Part shown: positions 14,590-28,990 of the stretch, piece by piece
Layout: each line of letters starts with the position of its first letter
How positions within the stretch are numbered: the first letter of the stretch is position 1
Assembly (NCBI GenBank): GCA_036524215.1
Contig: DATDCR010000295.1
Coordinates: 1-56,475 of the forward strand
Direction of reading: 5' to 3'
Length of the DNA: 56,475 bases
Source: Burkholderiales bacterium
GTDB lineage: Bacteria; Pseudomonadota; Gammaproteobacteria; Burkholderiales; SG8-39
Translations under genes and position numbers: made by a program
The notes under the pieces: model-generated
Database searches by the model: none
What the model saw: only the letters and a program-made list of their open reading frames with translations
What the model was told of the DNA's origin: nothing

Positions 14590-15506
14590 TCGAAGCGGTC
14601 GCTTGGCTTTAGCGGATGCCCGCGCAGGAAATCTCTCGCTCCCATACGCCGACCGCCGGCCGGTTGCACCTCGTCGATGACGAGCGCCCCCGCACCGCAC
14701 GCTACGCGCAGCACTTGTGAAAAATCGAGCAGCGCCCCCGGTTGCCCCGTACCCTCCACCATGCGGGCACGCCAGATCTTGATCGCCTCGCCCGAAAGAC
14801 GCGCTGAGGCACCGGGGGCGGGACGGAATGCACGGACGGCGCGCTCGATCTGCTCAGCGCTTTGTTGCCACTGGACGTTGGTCTCGCTTTTCTCGATCTT
14901 GCGCGCATAGGTGATGCCGTCCTCGGCTTGCGGTTGCGCCTTCGCTTGACCGCCCGCAACCGCCGTCAAGACCTCCAGCAGCGCGTCGGCACCGAGTTCA
15001 GCCAATTGGTCGTGCAACGTCCCAAAGTCGTCGGTTGCCTGGATTGGAATTCGCCTTTGCAGAAAGACGGGACCAGTGTCCAAGCCTTGGTCCATCTGCA
15101 TGATCGACACCCCTGTTTCTCGATCACCTGCCAATAGCGCGCGTTGAATCGGCGCGGCGCCGCGCCAGCGGGGAAGGAGAGAGGCGTGGATGTTGATGGC
15201 GCCCTGGCGCGCGACGCCTAGGACTGCCGGCGGAAGAATCAATCCATAAGCCGCGACGATGAGGGCGTCCGACTCCACGGCGGACAATCGGGCGGCAATG
15301 TCCGCGCCGCGTAACGACGTGGGCTGGAACACTTCAATGCCATTCTCCAGCGCCCGCAGCTTTACTGGGCTCGGCGTCGGCTGCATGCCGCGGCCCGCCG
15401 GGCGATCGGGCTGGGTCAGGACAAGCGCAACCTGGTGAGCGCTCCCCAAGAGGCGGGTGAGAGCCCTTTCAGCGAAGTGCGGCGTGCCTGCGAAGATTAA
15501 GCGCAG
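14586..15506 (-). CDS. fmt: methionyl-tRNA formyltransferase
   Basis: The ORF track starts at TTG 15449, but the reading frame continues upstream as LRLIFAGTPHFAERALTRLL, the conserved Fmt N-terminus. The only start-like codon before it is CTG at 15506-15504. See the finding on this start. Confidence 0.88.
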   Translation of the reverse strand: MRLIFAGTPHFAERALTRLLGSAHQVALVLTQPDRPAGRGMQPTPSPVKLRALENGIEVFQPTSLRGADIAARLSAVESDALIVAAYGLILPPAVLGVARQGAINIHASLLPRWRGAAPIQRALLAGDRETGVSIMQMDQGLDTGPVFLQRRIPIQATDDFGTLHDQLAELGADALLEVLTAVAGGQAKAQPQAEDGITYARKIEKSETNVQWQQSAEQIERAVRAFRPAPGASARLSGEAIKIWRARMVEGTGQPGALLDFSQVLRVACGAGALVIDEVQPAGGRRMGARDFLRGHPLKPSDRFE

Positions 15507-15520
15507 GTCGGCGAGAGAAC

Positions 15521-16024
15521 CTAGGCTGACTTACGCAGCTGCTTGGCGAGCTTCGCGCGGATGCGCTGTTGCTTGAGCTGCGACAGGTGCTCGACGAAGA
15601 CCTTGCCCTTCAGGTGATCCATCTCGTGCTGGATGCAGACGGCGAGCAACCCCTGCGCTTCAAGCGTGAACGCATTGCCGTTCTGATCGTAAGCCCGAAC
15701 TTTCACGCGCTCCGCGCGCGGCACGAGCTCATAAATGCCCGGCACGGACAGACAGCCTTCTTCGATGTCCGACTCGCCCGTGGCCTCGACGATTTCAGGA
15801 TTGACGAGCACCACGAGCGAATCCCTGCGCTCGGATACGTCGACCACGATGAGTTGCTTGTGGACGTCGACCTGGGTCGCCGCGAGGCCGATGCCCGGCG
15901 CCGCATACATGGTCTCGGTCATGTCGGCCACCAGCTTTTTCAGGCCTTCGTCGAAAACGGTTACCGGGGCGGCGAGCTTATGCAACCGGGCGTCGGGATA
16001 TCGGAGGATGCTCAAAATTGCCAT
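15521..16024 (-). CDS. def: peptide deformylase
   Basis: 167-aa ORF carrying the three PDF motifs: [16 protein letters not shown] and HEMDH. Confidence 0.95.
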   Translation of the reverse strand: MAILSILRYPDARLHKLAAPVTVFDEGLKKLVADMTETMYAAPGIGLAATQVDVHKQLIVVDVSERRDSLVVLVNPEIVEATGESDIEEGCLSVPGIYELVPRAERVKVRAYDQNGNAFTLEAQGLLAVCIQHEMDHLKGKVFVEHLSQLKQQRIRAKLAKQLRKSA

Positions 16025-16139
16025 CTGAGGACGAATTTACTTGCGAATTGAATAGATTATATGGACAATCTCACGCGCCATATAAGCTATTTGATAATAA
16101 AGCCGGCCGATGCAGGAGCCGCAAAACGGGCGGGGTCAC

Positions 16140-17225
16140 ATGGTCCAGCAATTGCGTAAGTCTATCACAGCACTCGCTTTCTTCGCGATCTCGGCGACTG
16201 CGGGGGCCCAAGCGCCAAGCGCCCCCCTCACCCTCCGGCCGGACGCTCCAGAGCGGTATGTCGTGGTGCCTGGCGACACGCTTTGGTCGATTTCGCAGCG
16301 GTACACCGACTCGCCGTGGCGCTGGCCGGAGTTATGGGGCCTGAACAAGGAGCAGATTCGCAACCCCCACCTTATTTACCCCGGGTACGTAATCACGCTC
16401 GATCGTGCGCGAGGGCAACTTAGCCTGGGCACCGCGGCGGCGCCGGCGCCGGCCCCGGACGCCGGCACCGTCAAGCTCGGACCACGGGTCCGCGCGCAGT
16501 CGCTTGCGAAGGAACAGATCCCCAGTATCCCCGCCGGGCTGATCGAGCCCTTCCTCAGTCGCCCGCTCATCGTCGAGCCGGACGGACTCGATAAGGCGCC
16601 GACCATCGTTGGCACGCAGACCGATCGCGTCATTCTTGCCACGGGCAATAGCGCCTACGTGCGCGGCATTGGCGGCGCGAAGGAAGACACTTGGTACGTC
16701 TATCGTCGCGGGGTCCCGCTCGTCGACCCTGATACCAACCAGACGCTGGCTTACGAGGCGATCTATCTCGGCACCGCCCAGGTCCAAAGGGATGGAGAGC
16801 CGGCGACAGTAGTGCTTACGAGCGCGGTCCAAGAGGTCGGTGCCGGTGACAAACTGGTCGCTGCCGGCAAGCCACAACCGATCAGCTACGCACCGCACGC
16901 TCCGACGAGCGATATTCGCGGTCGGGTGATCTCCATCCACGGTGGTCTGGGTAAGGTTGGAGAGGCTGGTCCGCAGGCGATCATCAGCATCAATCGTGGC
17001 GCAAAGGATGGCCTCGAGGTGGGTCACGTGCTTGCGCTTTACAACCTCGGCGGCAGCGTGCGCGACGTGACGAAGACGAGCGGTGCCCAGGATGCGCAGA
17101 TAAAGCTGCCGGACGAGCGTGCCGGCTTGGCTTTTGTATTCCGCGTTTTCAACAAGGTATCCTACGCATTGGTCATGCACGTCACTGCGCCGATCCGCCC
17201 GCTGGATGTCGTTCGTACTCCTTAA
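16140..17225 (+). CDS. LysM peptidoglycan-binding domain protein, secreted
   Basis: ORF 16110..17225. The likely start is ATG 16140, giving a signal peptide (MVQQLRKSITALAFFAISATAGAQA). LysM motif YVVVPGDTLWSISQRY...IYPGYVITL. Confidence 0.8.
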   Translation: MVQQLRKSITALAFFAISATAGAQAPSAPLTLRPDAPERYVVVPGDTLWSISQRYTDSPWRWPELWGLNKEQIRNPHLIYPGYVITLDRARGQLSLGTAAAPAPAPDAGTVKLGPRVRAQSLAKEQIPSIPAGLIEPFLSRPLIVEPDGLDKAPTIVGTQTDRVILATGNSAYVRGIGGAKEDTWYVYRRGVPLVDPDTNQTLAYEAIYLGTAQVQRDGEPATVVLTSAVQEVGAGDKLVAAGKPQPISYAPHAPTSDIRGRVISIHGGLGKVGEAGPQAIISINRGAKDGLEVGHVLALYNLGGSVRDVTKTSGAQDAQIKLPDERAGLAFVFRVFNKVSYALVMHVTAPIRPLDVVRTP

Positions 17226-17267
17226 GTCCAGGTCGCGGCGCACTCGCCCGCTGGGGTCGCCGCCCGC

Positions 17268-18368
17268 ATGACGCCAGAGCCGGGGCTGGCAAGCTGGCTT
17301 CAGCTTTCGCTTACTCCCGGGCTCGGCGCTACCTCAATCCAGAAGCTCCTGCGCCAGTTCGGCCTGCCGGACGCCGTGCTGGCCCGCAAGCGCTCTGAGC
17401 TTGCTCCGTTCATGTCCCCGGCAGCGGTCGCGGCTCTGGATTCGCCAGCCGTTGAAGAAGCCGTTCAGCGGGCTCTGGCCTGGTCGCAAGCACAGGGTCA
17501 CTTCATCGTCACACTCGCCGACGAAAGCTATCCACGAGCCCTGCTTGAAATTCCGGATCCGCCGCCGATGTTGTATGGACGCGGCCGACTGGAGCTCTTG
17601 CAGCGGCCGGCAATCGCAGTCGTTGGCAGCCGGAATTCTTCGGCACAGGGCGAAAGCAATGCCCACCAATTTGCCAAGGCGCTGAGCGCGGCCGGCCTGA
17701 CGGTGGTTTCGGGCCTTGCGCTCGGCATCGACGCGGCGGCGCATCGAGGGGGACTCGAAGCTGCGGGCTCGACGATCGCGGTGCTCGGCACCGGCATCGA
17801 TGTTCTTTACCCGCCGCGCAATGCGGAGCTTGCCGAGCGCATCGCCGAGAGAGGGCTACTGCTATCCGAATTCGCGCTTGGCATGCCGGCCATCGCGCAC
17901 AACTTTCCGCGCCGCAACCGGCTCATCAGCGGACTTTCCCGTGGTTGCCTGGTGGTCGAGGCCGCGCTCGCGTCCGGGTCGCTCATCACGGCACGCTGCG
18001 CCGCAGATCAGGGCCGCGAGGTGTTTGCCATTCCCGGATCGATCCATTCCCCGCTCGCCAAGGGTTGCCATGCGCTCATCAAGTCGGGGGCGAAGCTTGT
18101 GGAATGCGCCGACGATGTGCTCGCCGAGTTGAGCGGATTTCGCCGTACCGGCGCAGCAAGCACGCAAGCCGCGACCGATGCTGCCGCATCGAGTCATCCG
18201 CTGCTCGGCATCATGGGACACGACCCGGTCGATGTCGATTCCCTCTGTGCGCGGGCGGGACTGTCGGCCGAGCAAGTGGCGGCGGAATTGCTGCGCCTCG
18301 AGCTTGACGGACGGGTAGCCGCGCTACCGGGAGGGCTATATCAGCGCCTGGAAAAAGGGCGCGCGTAA
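17268..18368 (+). CDS. dprA: DNA-processing protein A
   Basis: 366-aa ORF with the DprA/Smf Rossmann-like core (AVVGSRNSS..G, SGLALGIDAAAHRG, VLGTGIDVLYPPRN, GSLITARCAADQGREVFAIPG). Confidence 0.9.
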   Translation: MTPEPGLASWLQLSLTPGLGATSIQKLLRQFGLPDAVLARKRSELAPFMSPAAVAALDSPAVEEAVQRALAWSQAQGHFIVTLADESYPRALLEIPDPPPMLYGRGRLELLQRPAIAVVGSRNSSAQGESNAHQFAKALSAAGLTVVSGLALGIDAAAHRGGLEAAGSTIAVLGTGIDVLYPPRNAELAERIAERGLLLSEFALGMPAIAHNFPRRNRLISGLSRGCLVVEAALASGSLITARCAADQGREVFAIPGSIHSPLAKGCHALIKSGAKLVECADDVLAELSGFRRTGAASTQAATDAAASSHPLLGIMGHDPVDVDSLCARAGLSAEQVAAELLRLELDGRVAALPGGLYQRLEKGRA

Positions 18369-18409
18369 ACGTGAGAGCGCTGTGCGCGTTATAACAACAA
18401 AGGAGCGCC

Positions 18410-18868
18410 ATGTACGACATCCTGGTTTACCTCTTTGAGAATTGCCAGCGAGCCGAGCTCGCCGACGATCGCGATCGGGTGGCGCGCAAGCTCTCGGCCG
18501 CAGGATTCGAGGATTCGGACATCTCCGAAGCGCTGCACTGGCTTGCCGGAGTGTTGCGGGCGCCGCGCACAACGCGCGCCGCGTTGCCCGAAGCGCGCAG
18601 TGCTTGTCGAGTATTTGCGCCCCGCGAGCTTGCCAAGCTCGATGCTGAATGCCGCGGCTTTGTCCTCACACTGGAGCAATCCGGCATCCTCACGCCGGAG
18701 ACGCGCGAGGTCGTGCTCGAGCGCTCGCTGGCCGCGTCCGGGCATACCCTGTCGCTCGACCAGCTCAAGCTGATTGTCCTGATCGTTCTCTGGAATCAGC
18801 AGACGCCGACGAGCCGGCTGCTCGCCGAAGATCTTTTCACCGCGCCGAACTCTCGCTTGCCGAACTGA
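18410..18868 (+). CDS. smg: Smg (DUF494) protein
   Basis: 152-aa ORF preceded by aaaggag. The N-terminus MYDILVYLFEN is typical of Smg, and the position after dprA is the conserved one. Confidence 0.85.
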   Translation: MYDILVYLFENCQRAELADDRDRVARKLSAAGFEDSDISEALHWLAGVLRAPRTTRAALPEARSACRVFAPRELAKLDAECRGFVLTLEQSGILTPETREVVLERSLAASGHTLSLDQLKLIVLIVLWNQQTPTSRLLAEDLFTAPNSRLPN

Positions 18869-18974
18869 TCGCGTCCGTGCGCGCGCGCATGCGCGCGTAG
18901 CAAGCCCGATGCCCGCCGGGCTGGTTGAACCGCCGGCACCTTTGCACTTATCATCGGCGGCCTTTCGTCCCGGC

Positions 18975-24951
<5,977 letters not shown>

Positions 24952-25165
24952 TCTTTATTTACCTAATTAGTAGTAACTAATAGAGCGCATGCGATACGGG
25001 GATAACGGAAAAAATCCCTTTGCCGCCCGGGCATTGCCAACGGCACGGCACGCCGGGAAAGCTGTGGATGGAGCTTGAAGCGATGTGGACAATTCCGCGC
25101 CGGCGCACGCGACCAGGAGTTATTCACAAATTGCGCGCGAGCCGCACACAGCTTGTTCCGATTCA
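24952..25165. promoter_or_regulatory. dnaA-dnaN intergenic region with an AT-rich block and a DnaA-box cluster (candidate oriC or part of it)
   Basis: An AT-rich run at 24952-24985 stands out in a GC-rich genome. DnaA-box-like 9-mers are TGTGGATGG 25063-25071 (CCATCCACA, 2 mismatches), TGTGGACAA 25084-25092 (TTGTCCACA, 1 mismatch), TTATTCACA 25120-25128 (1 mismatch) and a weaker one at 24997-25005. Confidence 0.4.
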
Positions 25166-26491
25166 TCAACCTTTGAGTACCTGCTCAAGGACGAGATAGT
25201 CGCGGTTTAGGGAGCTGTCCCGGGTGCGCAGGCTTGCGATCGTGCGGCAGGCATGCAGCACGGTCGTATGGTCGCGATTCCCAAAGGCCTCGCCGATTTC
25301 CGGCAGGCTCATCTGCGTCAGGTCCTTCGCGAGCGCCATGGCGACCTGCCGGGGACGCGCCACGTTGCGGCTGCGCTTCTTCGAGTGCATGTCGGAGATC
25401 TTGATCTTGAAGTACTCGGCGACCGTCTTTTGGATACCCTCGACGCTAACTTGACGGCTGTTGAGATTCAGGATGTCGCGCAAGGCTTCCTTCGCGAGCT
25501 CGAGCGACAGCTCGCGTCCCGTGAATCGGGCGAAGGCAAGGACCTTCTTTAGCGCGCCTTCCAGCTCACGCACGTTGGAGCGGATGTGCTTGGCGATGAA
25601 AAAGGCGATTTCTTCAGAAACCGCGACCGCCTCGGCTTCGGCCTTCTTCAGCACGATCGCCACGCGCATCTCCAGCTCCGGCGGCTCGATGGCGACGGTC
25701 AGGCCCCATCCGAAGCGCGAGATCAGGCGCTCTTCCATGCCCGCGATCTCCTTCGGGTAGGTGTCGCAGGTGATCACGATCTGCTTGTGCGCCTCGACGA
25801 GCGCGTTGAAGGCGTAGAAGAACTCTTCCTGCGTGCGCCCCTTGTTCGAAAAAAACTGGATATCGTCGATCAGCAGAAGGTCGAGCGAGTGGTAATAGCG
25901 CTTGAATTCGTCAAACGACTTCTGCTGATAAGCGCGCACCACGTCGGTGACGTATTGCTCGGCGTGGATGTAGCGGATGCGCGCTTGCGGGCGCCGGTCG
26001 GCGACCTGATTGCCGATCGCCTGCACGAGATGCGTCTTGCCGAGGCCGACGCCGCCATAGACGAAGAGCGGGTTGTACGAGATGCCGGGGTTCTCGGCGA
26101 CCTGGATCGCGGCCGCGCGCGCCAGCTGATTGGCTTTCCCGGTGACGAAGCTGTCGAAGGAGAAGGCGCGATTGAGTCTCGAGCGTTCCTGGACGACGGG
26201 CTCGGCAGGACGGGCGGCTGGTACCATAGGCCGCGCCGGCGCTTCCGCGCCGCGCGCAAGCACCAGGCGCAGGCCGAGCTCCCTTCCGCTCGCTTCGGCC
26301 GCCAGCCGTTCAATGCGCGACGCAAAGCGCTCGCGCACCAACTCCAGCACGAAGCGGTTCGGGGCGGCGAGGGTCAGGGTATCGCTGGGCGCGCCCAACT
26401 CGGGCGCCAAAGGCCGGATCCAGGTATTGAACTGTTGCGCGGGCAGCTCCTGCTCAAGACGACGCAGGCAGGCGTCCCAGAGGTTTTGCAT
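25166..26491 (-). CDS. dnaA: chromosomal replication initiator protein DnaA
   Basis: 441-aa ORF. AAA+ Walker A ([10 protein letters not shown]), Walker B (LLLIDDIQF) and the domain IV DNA-binding region ([10 protein letters not shown]). Confidence 0.95.
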   Translation of the reverse strand: MQNLWDACLRRLEQELPAQQFNTWIRPLAPELGAPSDTLTLAAPNRFVLELVRERFASRIERLAAEASGRELGLRLVLARGAEAPARPMVPAARPAEPVVQERSRLNRAFSFDSFVTGKANQLARAAAIQVAENPGISYNPLFVYGGVGLGKTHLVQAIGNQVADRRPQARIRYIHAEQYVTDVVRAYQQKSFDEFKRYYHSLDLLLIDDIQFFSNKGRTQEEFFYAFNALVEAHKQIVITCDTYPKEIAGMEERLISRFGWGLTVAIEPPELEMRVAIVLKKAEAEAVAVSEEIAFFIAKHIRSNVRELEGALKKVLAFARFTGRELSLELAKEALRDILNLNSRQVSVEGIQKTVAEYFKIKISDMHSKKRSRNVARPRQVAMALAKDLTQMSLPEIGEAFGNRDHTTVLHACRTIASLRTRDSSLNRDYLVLEQVLKG

Positions 26492-26540
26492 CTTTTAGTT
26501 GGCCTAAAACGAGTCGAAATTTTACCTTCTTCGTTCCGGG

Positions 26541-26549
26541 TTATCCACA
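26541..26549. promoter_or_regulatory. perfect consensus DnaA box in the dnaA/rpmH divergent promoter region
   Basis: TTATCCACA read directly at 26541-26549, 50 nt upstream of the dnaA start codon. Confidence 0.6.
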
Positions 26550-26630
26550 GCGTTGAGCGCGCCTGTTTTCGATTTGACAACGCGTTCTGGCGCACGCTCT
26601 AATACCGCCCTTTTCGAAATCGGATCAATC

Positions 26631-26765
26631 ATGAAGCGCACCTACCAGCCGTCCAAGACCCGGCGCGCACGCCGCCACGGATTTCTCGTGCGCAGTCGCA
26701 CCCAGGGCGGACGCGCGGTGTTGCGCAACCGGCGCGCACGCGGTCGTCGACGGCTGGCGCTGTAG
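26631..26765 (+). CDS. rpmH: 50S ribosomal protein L34
   Basis: Internal ATG of ORF 26553..26765 gives [44 protein letters not shown], a canonical 44-aa L34. Confidence 0.95.
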   Translation: MKRTYQPSKTRRARRHGFLVRSRTQGGRAVLRNRRARGRRRLAL

Positions 26766-26815
26766 TTCCGGTCCCCGCGGCGAAGAAGCGTTTCGGCCTT
26801 GATGGGGCGCGCCGG

Positions 26816-27121
26816 CTGCGGCGCAAGGCACAGTTCGAGCGGCTCTTGCGCGAAGGCGAACGTCGCAGCATCGAGGGCTACACTTTTTTTTTCCGACGTC
26901 GCGAGACCGGCGTATCGCGACTCGGCCTTCTGGTGACGCGCCGACACGCGGCTGCTGCCGTGGACCGTAACCGCATCAAGAGATGCATTCGTGAAGCCTT
27001 CCGGCTGGAACAAGAAAAACTGGGCCCCATCGACCTGCTCGTGCGTCCGCCGTACGGCGGGCACACGTCGGCCGGAACGGTCGGACGAATCCGGGGATTG
27101 CTTTGCCGCTTGACGTCCTGA
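26816..27121 (+). CDS. rnpA: ribonuclease P protein component
   Basis: The ORF track gives 26846..27121 (TTG start). The conserved RnpA N-terminal element ([12 protein letters not shown]) lies upstream in frame, where only CTG 26816 is start-like. The RNR motif [16 protein letters not shown] is present. The exact start is uncertain. Confidence 0.8.
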   Translation: MRRKAQFERLLREGERRSIEGYTFFFRRRETGVSRLGLLVTRRHAAAAVDRNRIKRCIREAFRLEQEKLGPIDLLVRPPYGGHTSAGTVGRIRGLLCRLTS

Positions 27122-27330
27122 TCGCCGGCGCGCTCCGCCGCAGCGTGCGCGGTTACCGGTATTTCATAAGTCCCATGCTGCCGGCGAGCTGCCGGTTCTA
27201 CCCGACGTGTTCGCAGTACGCCGAGGAGGCGATCGAGCGGCACGGCGCGTGGCGCGGCGGCTGGCTGCTCGCCAAGCGCATTTGCCGCTGCGGGCCATGG
27301 CATCCCGGCGGCTGCGATCCGGTGCCGTGA
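27103..27330 (+). CDS. yidD: membrane protein insertion efficiency factor YidD
   Basis: 75-aa ORF with a TTG start overlapping the rnpA end. YidD signature YQ-like core ([31 protein letters not shown]). Confidence 0.85.
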   Translation: MPLDVLIAGALRRSVRGYRYFISPMLPASCRFYPTCSQYAEEAIERHGAWRGGWLLAKRICRCGPWHPGGCDPVP

Positions 27331-27334
27331 TGCG

Positions 27335-28990
27335 ATGATGGACACGCAACGCCTCATTCTGCTTTTTATCTTCGGCTTCTCGGTTCTCATGCTGTGGGAG
27401 GCGTGGGAACGCGAGCATCGGCCGAAGCCCGCCGCAACGCCGGTTCAAGCGGCGCAACCGGCCGCGCAACCCGCCGCTCCTGCGGCGGCGAGCAAGCCGG
27501 CGACGACGGCAGCGGTCGAGCCCAGCGGCGCGCCAGCGAACTTGAAAGGCGAAACGGTCCGCGTCACCACGGATCTCGTCATCGCCGAAATCGACACGCT
27601 GGGCGGCTCGCTCAAGCGCCTGGAGTTGCTGCGCCACAAGGACGCTACTGATCCGAGCGCGAACCTGGTTCTGCTCGGGCCGGCCCATCACTACGAGGCG
27701 CAAAGCGGGCTTACCGGCGAGGGCGGACCGAACCACCGCACCTTGTGGCGGGTCGATCCCGGCCCACGGTCGCTCGCACCCGGTACCGATTCCCTGCAGG
27801 TGATCCTTCGGGCGACCGGCCGCGACGGGGTCGAAGTGGAAAAGCTGTACACCTTCCGGCGCGACAGCTACGTGATCGACGTGGCCTTGCGCGTCACCAA
27901 TACCGGCACCGGTTCGGCGAATGCCTTTGCGTATTTCCAGCTGACGCACGACGGCAAGCCGGAAGGGCAACAGAATTCCGTCGCCTCGTCCTTCGGCGCA
28001 CAAAGCTTCATGGGATTTGCGGTCTATACCGACGAGCACAAGTTCCAGAAGGTCGCGCCGAGCGACCTCGATAAGGGCAAGGGCGATCACGTCAAGCATG
28101 CGAAAGACGGCTGGCTCGCGGTCGTGCAGCACTACTTCGTCGCGGCCTGGCTAGGACCCCCGGCGCTCGAGCGCGACTACGTGACCGAGAAGCGCCAGGA
28201 CGGCTCCTACGCTGGTCGCATTCTGTTGCCGTTGAACCTGGCGCCCGGCGCGAGCGCCAAGGTCGAGGTCCCCTTGTATGCCGGGCCGCAGGAAAAGCGC
28301 CGGCTCGAGGCGGCGGCGCCGGGCCTCGATCTGGTCGTCGACTACGGCTGGCTCGCCATCATCGCCTGGCCGCTTTTCTGGCTACTCGAGAAGCTGCACG
28401 CGCTGACCGGCAATTGGGGCGTAGCGATCATCCTTCTCACCGTGCTCATCAAACTGGTCTTCTTCCCGCTGTCCGCGACGAGCTATCGCTCGATGGCCAA
28501 GATGAAGCTGGTCACGCCGCGGCTGACCAAGATCCGCGAGATGTACGGCAACGATCGGCAGAAGATGAATCAGGCGATGATGGAGCTCTACAAGACCGAG
28601 AAGATCAACCCGCTCGGCGGTTGCTTTCCGATCCTGGTTCAGATTCCGGTATTCATTGCGCTCTATTGGGTGCTTCTTGCGGCCATCGAGTTGCGCCACG
28701 CGCCGTTCATGCTCTGGATCAACGACCTGTCGGCGCTCGACCCGTATTTCGTTCTGCCTATCCTGATGACCGTGACGATGGTGCTGCAAACGCGCATGAA
28801 CCCGACCCCGCCGGATCCGGTTCAGGCGAAGGTGATGCAGTTCATGCCCTTCGTGTTCAGCATCTTCTTCTTCTTCTTCCCGGCCGGACTGGTGCTGTAC
28901 TGGCTCGTCAACAACATCCTATCCATCCTGCAACAGTGGCAGATCCAGCGCATGTTCGATCGCGACAAGCCTGCCCATGCGCGACGGTGA
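27335..28990 (+). CDS. yidC: membrane protein insertase YidC
   Basis: 551-aa ORF. N-terminal TM segment, a large periplasmic domain and the conserved C-terminal 5-TM core (NWGVAIILLTVLIKLVFFPLS, GGCFPILVQIPVFIALY). Confidence 0.95.
   Translation: MMDTQRLILLFIFGFSVLMLWEAWEREHRPKPAATPVQAAQPAAQPAAPAAASKPATTAAVEPSGAPANLKGETVRVTTDLVIAEIDTLGGSLKRLELLRHKDATDPSANLVLLGPAHHYEAQSGLTGEGGPNHRTLWRVDPGPRSLAPGTDSLQVILRATGRDGVEVEKLYTFRRDSYVIDVALRVTNTGTGSANAFAYFQLTHDGKPEGQQNSVASSFGAQSFMGFAVYTDEHKFQKVAPSDLDKGKGDHVKHAKDGWLAVVQHYFVAAWLGPPALERDYVTEKRQDGSYAGRILLPLNLAPGASAKVEVPLYAGPQEKRRLEAAAPGLDLVVDYGWLAIIAWPLFWLLEKLHALTGNWGVAIILLTVLIKLVFFPLSATSYRSMAKMKLVTPRLTKIREMYGNDRQKMNQAMMELYKTEKINPLGGCFPILVQIPVFIALYWVLLAAIELRHAPFMLWINDLSALDPYFVLPILMTVTMVLQTRMNPTPPDPVQAKVMQFMPFVFSIFFFFFPAGLVLYWLVNNILSILQQWQIQRMFDRDKPAHARR

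Noticed and set aside
18882-18897. Perfect 16-nt GC palindrome CGCGCGCATGCGCGCG, 14 nt after the smg stop
   Set aside because: It could form a loop-less hairpin, but there is no T-tract and no second copy in the window. I cannot distinguish a weak terminator from chance in GC-rich DNA.
26884-26892. T9 homopolymer inside rnpA as a possible slippage or phase-variation tract
   Set aside because: The run is in frame and encodes Phe-Phe-Phe within an intact ORF. There is no sign of a frameshift, and rnpA is essential, so phase variation is implausible.
28855-28875. (CTT)n-like trinucleotide repeat in yidC
   Set aside because: It is short, in frame and encodes the poly-Phe stretch of a transmembrane helix. 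It is not a repeat element.
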